Part shown: positions 9,321-20,600 of the stretch, piece by piece
Layout of the letters: the number at the start of each line of letters is the position of its first letter
Position numbering within the stretch: the stretch's first letter is position 1
Assembly (NCBI GenBank): GCA_043805855.1
Contig: JAZDHP010000005.1
Span: forward strand, 1,132 to 65,131
Direction: 5' to 3'
DNA length: 64,000 bases
Source: Candidatus Micrarchaeota archaeon
GTDB taxonomy: Archaea > Micrarchaeota > Micrarchaeia > Norongarragalinales > UBA8480
The notes under the pieces: model-generated
Seen by the model: only the letters and a program-made list of their open reading frames with translations
Databases searched by the model: none
What the model was told of the DNA's origin: nothing
Translations under genes and position numbers: made by a program

Positions 9321-10103
9321 ATGGCGGTAAAAAATCGAGAAGAAAAGAGAAGGGAACTTGCAGAGTCGCTTATAGCTGGACGAAAAGCAGAGCGTGACGG
9401 TGGTTATGAATTAAGCCGAGGAATAAGCTCGTACAATAAATGGCTCGGGGTTACAATTCAAACTGAAGCACGGAAACTTGCAAAGAAGCATAAAACTCCA
9501 ATTGTAGCGCTTGATGCCGGCGGGGGAATTGGATTCGCAATGGCGGATTTGAAAAGCCGAATGAGAAGCAAATTAAAAACTGCTTACGTAACTAGCTTAA
9601 CCCAACATTTTCCACTCATAGGGGTAACTGACATTGCAACTAGAAAAACAACTTATAGCCCGATGCCTAGACCGTATCCAGCTGAAATCGCTCCAACTAT
9701 GCTCGTGGCGCACACTGAAAAAATACGCCTTCCATCTAGTTCAGTACACTTAATTACATCAGTAAGGGGAGCAACTTGGTACACGCCGCGCACTGTGCAC
9801 CGTTCAATAAAGGAACTTGCGCGTTTGCTAGTGCCGGGTGGAAAGGCGTTCTTGCATTTAACTGAACCTAACAAAGATATGGAAGCTAAGCTAAAACAAA
9901 TATTCAAAGGAGAAAATATCAGAGCACATTACTTATATGGCGTTGTTGCAGCTAAGCGCGGAGAAGGGACAAACGTAGAAAATATACGGCACGTGGTTGA
10001 AACTCAAGCGGAACGGGACAGGCTAGCAGAAGAACTCCAGCGAGGAAAGTACGACTACGTTACTAAATATAGATCACTGCGTTTAGAAAAAAGAAACCCA
10101 TAA
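9321..10103 (+). CDS. Class I SAM-dependent methyltransferase-like protein
   Basis: 260 aa. ALDAGGGIGFAMADL is a motif-I-like GxGxG, and VPGGKAFL is LKPGG-like. Confidence 0.4.
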   Translation: MAVKNREEKRRELAESLIAGRKAERDGGYELSRGISSYNKWLGVTIQTEARKLAKKHKTPIVALDAGGGIGFAMADLKSRMRSKLKTAYVTSLTQHFPLIGVTDIATRKTTYSPMPRPYPAEIAPTMLVAHTEKIRLPSSSVHLITSVRGATWYTPRTVHRSIKELARLLVPGGKAFLHLTEPNKDMEAKLKQIFKGENIRAHYLYGVVAAKRGEGTNVENIRHVVETQAERDRLAEELQRGKYDYVTKYRSLRLEKRNP

Positions 10104-10112
10104 AAGAGGCAA

Positions 10113-11366
10113 TTAACTTTTTTCCATTATGCGCGCAATTGCTTCAGCTGCGGCAGCGCGGTTGTCAAATGGCGTTCCGTGGCGTACGTCGCGCGATGGC
10201 TTTACAACTGGAATTTCTTTCGGGTCTGGCGGAACACGTACACTATAGAACCTTACCCCTTTTTGCGCTAGTTTAGAAACAACTAATTGTGAAAGTGCAA
10301 GTCGCTGTTCTTCATTTAGTTTAGTTTTAAGTGGATAAGTTTGCGGATATCCAAAGACTGTTGGAACGCCAACATCGTCTCGCTTTGCAAGGTAACGTGC
10401 CACGTGTTCTGCATTAACTTCAACAACTGCAGTTGACGGTGCAGCGTGAGTTTCCATGAGAAAAACCGCGTTGAGACGTGCTGGATTTACATTATCATGC
10501 AGTGGCGCGTTTTTAACTGACGGCACTGGCTTTCCTTTGAATATAATTTCAGGGTCCGACCCGTGTTTCCAAAAAGTTTCCTTTACCTCGCGCGGAAAAT
10601 CAGGAGAATCTGGAGAACCAAAAACTCCTTGGTGAAACATCCGTCCTCTTGAATAATATTGACTTGCCGCGCGGAATCCATATTTTCTATAGGGCCCGAC
10701 GACGTTTGCCCCTTTGGTTGAAAAAAGTATATGTACTCGGTCATCAGCGATTATTGAGCACCCGTGTAGATAACTAAGCAGAAAAGATAACCTACCTTTG
10801 CCAATTCGGGGATCTCCAATTAAAGCAAAGGCGCCTTTTTTTCCACACAGTACGTTACCGTGCAGCTCTGCGCCGGTTCTTCCAACTACGTTTTCTTTTT
10901 TCAAAGTGTGCTCTGGATCTTTGTGATAGTGAGTACCGTAAGCTTCTGGGTCAAAAAATTGCTGCTTATTAATTAATCTAGTTAAAGCAGTTGAAACGGA
11001 GCCAAGGTTAGCTTCGGGAACGTCAGAAATTCCCTGCATGGCTATTGGCGTTGCACTTTTTTGTAAATGGTGAAGGTCATCTAGCAATAAACTAGCAGCT
11101 AGAGCTGGATTTTGTTCAACTACTCTAGCGTGAGTTGCGACAAGTGGCAAAACATGTTGACGTACAAAATGATCTCCACGTGCATGGTAAAGCCCTAGAA
11201 TAGCATCGTTTATTCCTTTTACTGTTTTTGCAGCGTCTTCATTTTTTGAACCAATATCTGCAAGGCGAATGGCCATTCGGTCTCCACCGTGGCGCAGTAA
11301 GCCATAGGCGCGGATTCCATTTTTTTCAAACCACATTTTTGCATGTTCCATTTTTTCTATTGTCAT
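10113..11366 (-). CDS. HprK-fold P-loop kinase-like protein with N-terminal HG(L)L module
   Basis: 417 aa. LHGNVLCGKKGAFALIGDPRIGKGRLSFLLSYLHGCSIIADDRVHI aligns position-by-position to the HprK C-domain (degenerate Walker A, GKG). The N-terminus RAYGLLRHGGDRMAIRLADIG resembles the repeats of the 5482 protein. Confidence 0.5.
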   Translation of the reverse strand: MTIEKMEHAKMWFEKNGIRAYGLLRHGGDRMAIRLADIGSKNEDAAKTVKGINDAILGLYHARGDHFVRQHVLPLVATHARVVEQNPALAASLLLDDLHHLQKSATPIAMQGISDVPEANLGSVSTALTRLINKQQFFDPEAYGTHYHKDPEHTLKKENVVGRTGAELHGNVLCGKKGAFALIGDPRIGKGRLSFLLSYLHGCSIIADDRVHILFSTKGANVVGPYRKYGFRAASQYYSRGRMFHQGVFGSPDSPDFPREVKETFWKHGSDPEIIFKGKPVPSVKNAPLHDNVNPARLNAVFLMETHAAPSTAVVEVNAEHVARYLAKRDDVGVPTVFGYPQTYPLKTKLNEEQRLALSQLVVSKLAQKGVRFYSVRVPPDPKEIPVVKPSRDVRHGTPFDNRAAAAEAIARIMEKS

Positions 11367-11384
11367 AAACTTTCACTAGTTAAA

Positions 11385-13070
11385 TTAAACATTTTTAACT
11401 GCAGCTAGCACTTGCGGCCAAGTTTCTATTAAACCGGCATATTCGTGTAAACTTTGATGCATTTTTTCTGGAGGAATTACTGCATCGTAAACTTCGTTTC
11501 TTTTACTTGAACCAAACAGCGCCAAATTCCTTGTCAATTGTAGTGTTGCTTTTCTTAACTTAGGGTCGCCGTGCCACCAACTGCGTTTATCTGCTAACAT
11601 TTGGCTAGAACTTTTCACTTGGCTGTCCCACTTTGCAAATTCAGACGAAACGAGCCTTCGTATTTTTGCATGTCCAACTCGAATTGCCTCTGGAGTTGCG
11701 TTTATTTTTATTTGGCGAGCTAAATGTGCTGGCGAATCAGAGCGAACTATTTGTTTTAATACATCGTAAACTGGAAGAAAACTAATGCTTTGGCCATACT
11801 CGCGAAAGATTCCTCGCGAACTAGCTTTATGATGAAGCACGGGCAAATTAATTCGGTAAACTCCACCGTCAAGTAAACGATGCATTAACATGGACCAAGT
11901 TGAATCTTCACCGCGTAAATTAGCAGTTGGGTAAGGCACACTACGCGCAAGTATATCAGCCCGTAGAGTAACGTTTGCGCCGCCTAGACTTGAAGTTTTT
12001 TCAATTTCAGTTAACACCGGCGCATTTGGATCATAGTAGCGAACTCCTAAATTAAACGCGCCTCTTCGATTTATCCCTTGAGAGTAAGCTGAAAGTAAAC
12101 GAAACGCTTGGTTATAGCGCAAGTGTCGTCCAACTTCAGGCACTTCAGTTAATTGAGACGCTAGCCCACCTACTAACTCAGTTGGTTTTTTACCGCGTGC
12201 AGTTTTAACAAAAAGTCCAACTTTTTCAAGGAAAAACGGTATAAGCCGCTGTGGTTCTTTGATATCTTTAGTTACTCGGCCGCTCACTAATTTCACTCTT
12301 GAATTTGAAAACACTGAGTCAAGTTGGCTAAAGAAATTAAACAAATGGCTACGCGTAGGAACTGTTACTCCATTTGTTTTAGTTAAATGTAAATTTTCAA
12401 GTGCAATGTCATCGTCGAAGAAAGTTACTAAATCAGTGGGAGCAGCGTGGCGCATTGCAACTAGTAGAGATAAGTTGCGTACGCCGCCAAACCCGTGTTT
12501 TAATCTGCTTTTGTCAGGAAAGAGAAAAGGATCTAAACTAACACCCGATTTGGCACCTAAGCGAGAAATAAATTGCGCTTGTTTAGCTTTGTCATAATGC
12601 ACAACTTCAGCTAAGTGCGGGTACTTTTTACCAAAGCGTTCGAGAACCCTGGCATTGGCTTTTTCAAAACGCGGTTCAGTTGAATCATCAACAACCACAA
12701 TTTTTATTTTACGACTGTAACCAAAGCGCCTCATGTTTTCAACGATACTCTCAACACATCGATTCAAAAACAAAGGCCTATTTTGAGTCGGTATAACTAC
12801 TACGTGGCCAAAATTACCACGAGCAGTAGACGTAAAAGTAGCTGCTGGCCGTTGAAGCTGTGATTCGACATGCGGTGGTCTGCCGGGCGTTCCACCAACT
12901 GGCCCAAATAATAGCTGCGCTTTATCTGCAATTGACACTGGCCGCCCAGGTGACAACTGCTCGCGTCTAGCAAGTGGGTTTTGAAGCCCTAACCCGGTTG
13001 CTACAGCTCTAGATTGCTGCTCACGCTCAAGTGGGTTTCGAAGCCCTAAACCCGTTTTTACAACTGCCAT
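11385..13070 (-). CDS. Family 2 glycosyltransferase-like protein with N-terminal tandem peptide repeat
   Basis: 561 aa. VVIPTQNRPLFLNRCVESIVEN...KIKIVVVDDSTEP is the canonical GT2 N-terminus. The N-terminus carries TGLGLRNPLEREQQS/TGLGLQNPLARREQLS, a ~48-bp DNA direct repeat at 12960..13060. Confidence 0.6.
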   Translation of the reverse strand: MAVVKTGLGLRNPLEREQQSRAVATGLGLQNPLARREQLSPGRPVSIADKAQLLFGPVGGTPGRPPHVESQLQRPAATFTSTARGNFGHVVVIPTQNRPLFLNRCVESIVENMRRFGYSRKIKIVVVDDSTEPRFEKANARVLERFGKKYPHLAEVVHYDKAKQAQFISRLGAKSGVSLDPFLFPDKSRLKHGFGGVRNLSLLVAMRHAAPTDLVTFFDDDIALENLHLTKTNGVTVPTRSHLFNFFSQLDSVFSNSRVKLVSGRVTKDIKEPQRLIPFFLEKVGLFVKTARGKKPTELVGGLASQLTEVPEVGRHLRYNQAFRLLSAYSQGINRRGAFNLGVRYYDPNAPVLTEIEKTSSLGGANVTLRADILARSVPYPTANLRGEDSTWSMLMHRLLDGGVYRINLPVLHHKASSRGIFREYGQSISFLPVYDVLKQIVRSDSPAHLARQIKINATPEAIRVGHAKIRRLVSSEFAKWDSQVKSSSQMLADKRSWWHGDPKLRKATLQLTRNLALFGSSKRNEVYDAVIPPEKMHQSLHEYAGLIETWPQVLAAVKNV

Positions 13071-13095
13071 TCAACCGCCAGACTTAATTTTATAT

Positions 13096-14643
13096 TTACT
13101 TGCGCAAAATGCTGCTCACTATGTGCAAACGCTGTTCAGGTGAAAGCGAGTTATTGTGCGCTTCTGCTAAGAAAGCTAAAGCCACCCTTGCTTTATCCTT
13201 TGCATCTACTTCTATTGGCGCAAGTTGAAGGTTGCTAAAGTTCCTTACATTAAGGTTGCGTAACCCGCGACTGTGATAAGCTAATGTTGCTAAACTTTCT
13301 CTTGGCAATTCATGAGGCGCACCTGCAACAGAAGCGCCAACTTTAGCTAGTTGAGCCGACGTGTGAAAGGCAACCATCTGCTTTTGCAAAGGCGTTAACT
13401 TAATCGCATCTTCAGCGGTTTTTCCTATTCTAAGTTCATCTAGATTGTCAACTGAAGGTTTAGCACCTCTTGGACCTATGAAAAACTTATGCCCTTCGGG
13501 AATTAACCGGCTAATTATTTTGCTATTACCCCCTTGTGCCATTATAACCGTCTTTAACCTACTTTGGAAGTTTCTAATACTAGACGTGTTTAAAGCTGCA
13601 TTTGCAAATGACCGCATGTGGTCTGCGTTTATACTAGAACCAAACCCAGCAGCACTGACCTTAGCGCTGAATTCATTTGCATGGTACAGTAACTCATTAA
13701 GAGCATCACTGCGCATTGGTTCTTCGTTGCCAGCAAAGAAATGACGTGAAGGTTTATGAAGTGCTAAACCCCGCATCATTAAAGAGTGTAAGTGTAAATC
13801 TCTATCAGCGTACACTTCTCCCAAAGTGGCTTTAAGTATTCCAGCGCCGCTAGTTGCTTCGCCGCTAACTGCTGCTGGGTCTTCGCCGCTAACTGCCACA
13901 GTTGCAGCTGCACCTGTGCCATCTGGTTCAGAAACGTCAACATGCGCTGCACCCCCATGATCGCCTGGTTCTGATACATCTGGAATGTCGCCACTATGCG
14001 GCGCAGCTTCACCTTCAGAAACATCAACTGGATCTGGGTCAGGATCGTGTTTGTTTGGCTTTAACCCTAGGTCTTCAATTGCAGACAATATACCAGAAGC
14101 GATTTCGTCGCGAGCCGTGCTTTTGCTAAATAGCTCTCTCAAGTTAAAGCCTTTTCTACCTTTTGCAGCTTTCATGTAAACCGCAGCTACGTTTTTGCCA
14201 AAGAATCTCCTTCCGGCCACGTCAACCTGCTCTACAACGTCCTTGTGAGTCAAAACCTTTTCTAAATAACTTTTCCCTTGACGTGCAACTAAACGGCTAA
14301 ACTCCTTCTTAGCTTCAGTTCTACCTTCTTCAGTTGAAAGACTTTCATCTGTAAGTTTATACTTTCTATTTAAATATCTTAACTCTCTCTCTGGCAGTGA
14401 AAGCATAAACGAATGTATAAACGATTCCCGTACAATGGGAGGTCTACTAGCTAGTATCTTACCAGTTTTAAGAATAGCATTTTCCTGCCGGCGAGTCATT
14501 TGACCCATCGTGCCTAAAACGTCTGCAGTGTCTCTAAAGTAGTCCAACCTACCGCCGCGACGAGCCGCAACGAAACCAGGACGCAACCGCCTAACCGTTG
14601 CCTCACTTAAATTTCCCCTAACTGCCTTTTTCCACAAACCCAT
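13096..14643 (-). CDS. Hypothetical protein with acidic low-complexity linker (DPDPDPVDVSEGE...)
   Basis: 515 aa. Co-directional with, and 25 nt from, the GT2 gene. Confidence 0.55.
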   Translation of the reverse strand: MGLWKKAVRGNLSEATVRRLRPGFVAARRGGRLDYFRDTADVLGTMGQMTRRQENAILKTGKILASRPPIVRESFIHSFMLSLPERELRYLNRKYKLTDESLSTEEGRTEAKKEFSRLVARQGKSYLEKVLTHKDVVEQVDVAGRRFFGKNVAAVYMKAAKGRKGFNLRELFSKSTARDEIASGILSAIEDLGLKPNKHDPDPDPVDVSEGEAAPHSGDIPDVSEPGDHGGAAHVDVSEPDGTGAAATVAVSGEDPAAVSGEATSGAGILKATLGEVYADRDLHLHSLMMRGLALHKPSRHFFAGNEEPMRSDALNELLYHANEFSAKVSAAGFGSSINADHMRSFANAALNTSSIRNFQSRLKTVIMAQGGNSKIISRLIPEGHKFFIGPRGAKPSVDNLDELRIGKTAEDAIKLTPLQKQMVAFHTSAQLAKVGASVAGAPHELPRESLATLAYHSRGLRNLNVRNFSNLQLAPIEVDAKDKARVALAFLAEAHNNSLSPEQRLHIVSSILRK

Positions 14644-14659
14644 AATTCAATTCACCTTT

Positions 14660-17600
14660 TCAATCATTATCTCCATTTTTAGCATTGTTACAATTAACGT
14701 CTGGTTTGAAATCTTTTCCTTCAAGCTCATCACTTACTCCATCGTTAGATATGACTGCACATACTTGTGGCAACGTCACTTTATTACCGCTGCGTAAATT
14801 ATACTCTCGCTCTGCGGTTTTTAAAACACGAACTGAAATTCCTGGGCTAAGGCCGCTAGCGGAACAAGATATCGTATCGTCAAGTTTAGCGGGTAAGAAG
14901 AATGGCCCGGGATTTGCAGCTTTCCATAAGTTTTCCACTGAAATTCCGCCAATGGCGCCAGCTAATCCAAGAATTATTGGACACCCAGCAATGTTTGTGC
15001 CCGGAGCAAAGCAAAGTAAACCAAGTGCAAAGCCAGTTAGTCCAATTGAATTGCCTCCACCGCAATTTCGCCCGATGGCTTTTTCATTATCGCGAACTTC
15101 AAACAAGTACTGGCCATTATTATTTCCTGTCCCTACAAACCGTAAGATAGCGGTAGTGCCACTTATCTTAAGCTTTGTAACATCATTTACACTAAAATTG
15201 TAAATTCCTTCGGTATTATCTGAGTCCGAAATTGCAAAATCCGCTAATTTCTTTATTGGTTTTCTAAATTTAACTTGGCGAATTAATTTATCCTCATCGC
15301 TATACACGTCAAAATTATAATGATAGTCTTCATTTAGCCACTTATCAAGTGGACCAAAAACAGAATAGAGTTCAACTTCAGCGACATCGACATCAACGCT
15401 ACCAACCCCCGTAAATGCCTTTGGTTTCTTTTTTAATTGTATAAACTTAGCTAATAAAAGAGGCGTTTCTACATTATCTATAGATTCTCCGCATATACGA
15501 GAATTGCCAACCCCAACACCTTCTCCAGATCGACCTAATACGTCTCCTAAACCTATCGGGTTGTCATAATGCAAATTACAGTCCATTTTATCACTGAATG
15601 CAGGGTCGTAAGCTGTAACAAACTTTATTTCTGGTTTTGATAAGTCAATTCCACCTAATCTAAAGTATTGCCCAGTAGCAAGTTGCACCGAATCACCGAT
15701 TTCTAACTGACATCTTAGCCAGTTTGGATTAGGCGCACTTATCTTTACACAATTTTTATCATAGTAAGCCGTATTATCAAGTCTAAAAGAAGCTTTAGCT
15801 TCACTAGTGTGGCAATCTTCATTTAAGTTTGGCCAATACTTACACATGTACCTTGTAGAGCTAGGCCTACTTTCTATTTCTGCTCTGAATGCAACTGGCT
15901 TTTTCACTTTGATGTGATTATTAGATATAACGTCAGCAGCAAGGAAAGAACTAGCGTCAAATGACACAGAACTGACCCCGTTATATATCTGCTTTGAACC
16001 TAAATCAATTAAACCAATTTGATCTATTTCGTTTTGATATTCAACGCGAAATTTAGCGGTCTCACCATCATATTTTGGATCAGTGCACAAACGTAAGATA
16101 AAACTATCTCCAGGAGCTATAGCATCGCCATCTTTCAAGTAACTAATTGTACCATCTACGTTGGTTTTTTGAAGTTCAATTGCGCTTGTAAGCGGTGCGC
16201 CTATTCTACCGCAAGCGTCGAAAGTTGCTTTGTTTAACTCAGTCGGCAAAGAAAACGGCGTTTCTGGGTAGTTTACAAACGATAACGGCGTAGCTTGCCC
16301 TTCTGCTTTTTGACCTGCCTGAGTCGTAACGATTGTTGGCCTAAAGCAATCAGCTGGATCACCATTCTTTTGCACACATTGATAGTATCGAGTTTCTAGA
16401 GTTGAAACGCCTCCTCCAACAGGCGCAGCTGTTTGTAGTTCTACTTTTATAGTATATTCATTTACCGCGTTTACTCCGACGTCACAACGGGAGAATTCAA
16501 GCGAATCAACTGCAGTTTCAGCAAGTGTTTTGTCAGCAACTTTGTAATTAGGCGCTTTTAGCGTGTACTTCTTTTGGTTTAGCTCGGTTACTTTTTGCGT
16601 TGTTTTATCTTTGCATGAATACTGAACCGCTATATACACGTCTTTTTTTCCTAGCGTTGCTAATCGTGTTTTGTCTAGTTCCACTTTAGTTGACACTTTA
16701 GTTAAACGATTCAAGTGTTCTGGAAAAGTTAGTCGAAAGATGTTAAACGTTGCTGGAGTTGCTGGTTTAAAGTAGCCGGGAGTTATTTTGTCAATTAGTA
16801 ATTGTCGGTCTGTTAAAGTAACTATACAATCATCTGAAACTTTTTGACCTGTTGGGTAAATTGCGCTTGCTTTGAAGCCAAATCTTTGACCCGTATCTCC
16901 TTTTACAGTATACTTTTGAGTATCGGCTTCTTTCGCACCGGTAAATGTTTGTTCATCAGTGAAAGAACCTCCAGTTTGTTGTTTTGTTACAATTACTTTA
17001 CGTTCATTTCCACCAGATGGAAAACTAGATTTTATTGTTAGTTCTTCACCAGACATGGCGTTACCATTGCAAACATCTTTTGTTCCGGCTAAAACTTGAA
17101 TTTTAGGTTGCTTGTTAGACGCACTTACTATTGGAGCCTCCACATGAGCCGGAGGTTCTGCTGGTTCAGCGGGGTTTAATTGTACTTGAGCCTCTGGTGC
17201 TTCTTTTGCTACTTTTGTTTGTTCGTAGGTAGCCATTATTTTAACTTCTACTTTTGCGTTTACATTTTGTGCTGAGGACACAAGTAGCTTTACAAATACT
17301 TTGCCGTCGTTTTCAAGTGCTTTTATTGCTCCTGCGTCGTCTTTAAAGTCGCAGTTTGTAATTAGCTCGTTGTCTTTTAGTTCAGCGTTGCAGCTAGCTT
17401 GTGATAGTTCACTGTTGTCTTTTGTTTGCACTGAAATTATCTTATACTTGTCAAATACAATTGGGCACGTTAGCTGCACTGTGACTGGGCTTGCGAATTT
17501 CCAAGCTGGCGTTACACTGACTTTCCTTGTTTCAGTTTCTCCGCATGCTGCGTCCCAAGTTTGTGCACCAAATGGAATTCCCGTTGGGCCGCCCATCATT

Positions 17601-20600
17601 GGACCTTGTGGTGCTGCAATTACATTTACGCGGATTGTCTTGCGCGCTCCATCTGGAAGTGTAACTTCGAGGTTTCCAGTTGCAGGGTAAGGTTGGCCAA
17701 CAAAGGAATAGTCGGCAGTTACTGTGATTGCGTCTTTTGTGCATTCGTCGATTTGTACAGCGTCTTTAACTGAATTTTGTGAAAACCCGTTGCCCATCTG
17801 GTATTGATTGTAGCCGTTTCCATTGTAATTATTGTAATTTGGCCCATATTGAGAGCCAGGTAATCCAACTGGATACGCACCTGGTCGATTGTACTGGTTT
17901 GCACCGTAGCCGTAATCTTGCCTTAGGATCCCGCCTGTTGAGCGGTCGTAGCTTACTTGTTGTTGCTGGTTGTAAGGTTGAAACGCTTGGTTGTACGGCG
18001 TTTGGTAGCCGTTGTAAGATAAAGGCGACATAAATGCTTGGGCTTGGTAAGCGCCTTGGCCAGTTTGGCACGCGCTGCAAGTTGCGCTAAGATGTACTGG
18101 CAATTGACTGCTTGTTGGTGCAGTTACTGGATTTGGAACGCATGCGCCGCACCCCCATTGCGAGGGAGTAACTTGCTGGCATTGGTTGCATTGCGATTGG
18201 CCGTTCATTGGCATTGTACACGCGGTGCACCACCATAAAACTGGAGTTGGCATTCCGCCTAGCACGCCACCTTGGTAAGTTTGACCGTAACCTTGACCAT
18301 ATCCTTGGCTATAACCTTGCTGGTATTGGCCAGCGTAGTTCATTCTCAAGCCAGATAAACGACAAGTTGGATCTGCTGATAAGCGTAGTGGAATTGAATA
18401 CGAGTCTTGCAAAAATGGCGGCATTGTAATTAATGTAATTGCGCCTGGCAATGGCGATGAATCGCTTCCAGTTGCAGCTGAGTTAATGCAACCTGGGCAT
18501 TCAACATCAACCATTAGAGGCAATTCTTCTGCTACTCTATACGTGCCAGCGCGTGCGGTAAACGTAGCAAGGCAGTTTGTGTTTGAAGTGACGTTGTTGA
18601 GAATTTTCAACGATAGCGTAGAGTCGCTGTTTGGCTCTATTGTTATAGATGTGGGAAATACTTTTAGTGGCACTGGATCGCCACCGCAATTAATTGACGT
18701 AGCAACGCGTATTGGTTCGTTCAATGCATTTGAAAGTGTAACTTGCTGTGCTTGTGGTTCAAGTGAAGACCCGGTAAATTCCATTGACTCGGGGTCAATT
18801 GCCAAGAAGTTTTTACCTTGCACAGTTACAGAGCATGTTTCAAGTGTCTTGAACCCTTCTGCTTCGACGCGGGCGCCGATTTCTCCAAGCCCAGTTGGGT
18901 TAACGTCAACTCGGTAGCGGCCAGTTAAACCATTGTTCTGCGAGCCGTCGCCTAGAAGTTGTTCTGGTTCGTTTCCAGAAAACGGCGAATTAGCACATTC
19001 GTATAAACCAACTGCTGCGGTTTCAACGTAGTTGTTGTTCTTGTCACGCACAACTATAGTTATTTTACTGTCTTGAAGTGCTGGCACTGTTGACGGCGCT
19101 ATTGTTGCTGTAAAGGCGTTTGTTCCAGATACAGTTAATTGCACTGGAATTTGAAATGTTTTACTTCCGCTGCGTAGTGTAAATGTCAACGGCGCGTCTT
19201 GGCTTACTTGCAACGGCGTTAAAGTCATTGACATTTTTGCTTTTTTGTTTGGAAGCGAAGTAAAGGGAAGGTTGAAAGTGCGGCCGCTTGTTGTTATTGC
19301 GCTAGCTGTAGTTGTAGCTGTTCCATCGTCTGCGAATGAAACTTTTTCTAAGCCGCTTAGAGTTTGGCGTGAGTTTTTCACGTTGAAGTGCTCAGTAGTT
19401 AAGCCAAGTGAATCAATTGAAACTGGCGAAAGTAATTCTAGTTCAAAGGTAAAGTCTTTTGCAATTTGCGGTTGGTATGTTGACGGGTTTCCCTGCGATG
19501 CACTATCAAAAAGGATTGCTTTCCAGCAAACGTCATCTTCAGTGCAAGTTAGTGTTTGTTGCGTTACTGGGATTGATTGAGTTACAACGCGCATTTGACA
19601 AGTGTCTTCTGGAGTTAAACGTAAACCTTCATCAATTTGTTGGCGTAGCGAGTCAAGTAGTTCAGTGTCGCTTGGGTAAATTAAAGGTAAGCCGTCTTTG
19701 AATGCAAATGCCTTGTAGTTTATTTTAATTTCAGCTCCTGCTTCTGCGGTTTTTGAAACTTTTACATTAACGACAAATTCTCTTGTGCCTGTAAAGCCAC
19801 GTGGGAACGAGAAGTAAACCCATTTCATTTCTTCACCAGCGTTGGTTTTGCCATTGTAACAAGATGAAGTTGAAGTGGCTGATGTTGACGTGGTTGAATT
19901 ATCTAACTCGCCGTTGTTTTCAGTGCTTTCCACGCTTTTTAATTCAGAGTCACTTTGAACATAAGGCGCGCCGTTGGAGTTGAATGAAGTTATAACCGCT
20001 GAACTCTCCGCAGTTGTTTGTTCGTCGCCAACTTGAACGTAAAACCCGGCGTTTTCGTCAACGTTTTGCGGCATGTTAACTGCGAATTTTGCACTGTACG
20101 TTTCTGCGTTGGCAACTTCTTTTGCTTTTACTCCCCGCGAGTCAAATAAACCAAGGAAGTTTACAGTTGCGCTTTGCGCGAGTGAAACTGGAAATAGTGT
20201 AACTGTTTCTTTTGCCTGTTCTGCTGGCGAAAATGTTTTTGTTGAAGTAACATAAGTTAAATATCCTGGCGCAGTTGCGCGTATTGTAAATTCTTTATTT
20301 GCAGCAACTGGCAAAACACAAGTACCGTTTAGCACGGTGCACGAAGAAACTGGAATTCCCTCTACAAGCGCTTCAATTGCACCGTTTGGGATTAGCTGGT
20401 CTGTTGCTAAATCTTTTAACGTAATTGAAACATTTGCAGGCATCGCAACTAAGTCAACCGTTAAAGATAACGGGGCGCTTGTTACGTCGACAACGTCACT
20501 TTGTCCACTTGCGGATTGTTTGGAAGCCTTTGCGTAAACTTTGTAAGCTGCACCTTCAACGGCTAATGGGATTGTCGCGTTTGCAATTCCTTCTCCGCCG

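Noticed and set aside
14685-15203. Plus-strand ORFs (172 aa and many others at 14902..21957) lying inside the 2426-aa minus-strand gene
   Set aside because: They lie fully antisense to one uninterrupted 7.3-kb ORF that has consistent domain repeats. Their compositions are repetitive (L/R/Q-rich) and have no motifs. Spurious.
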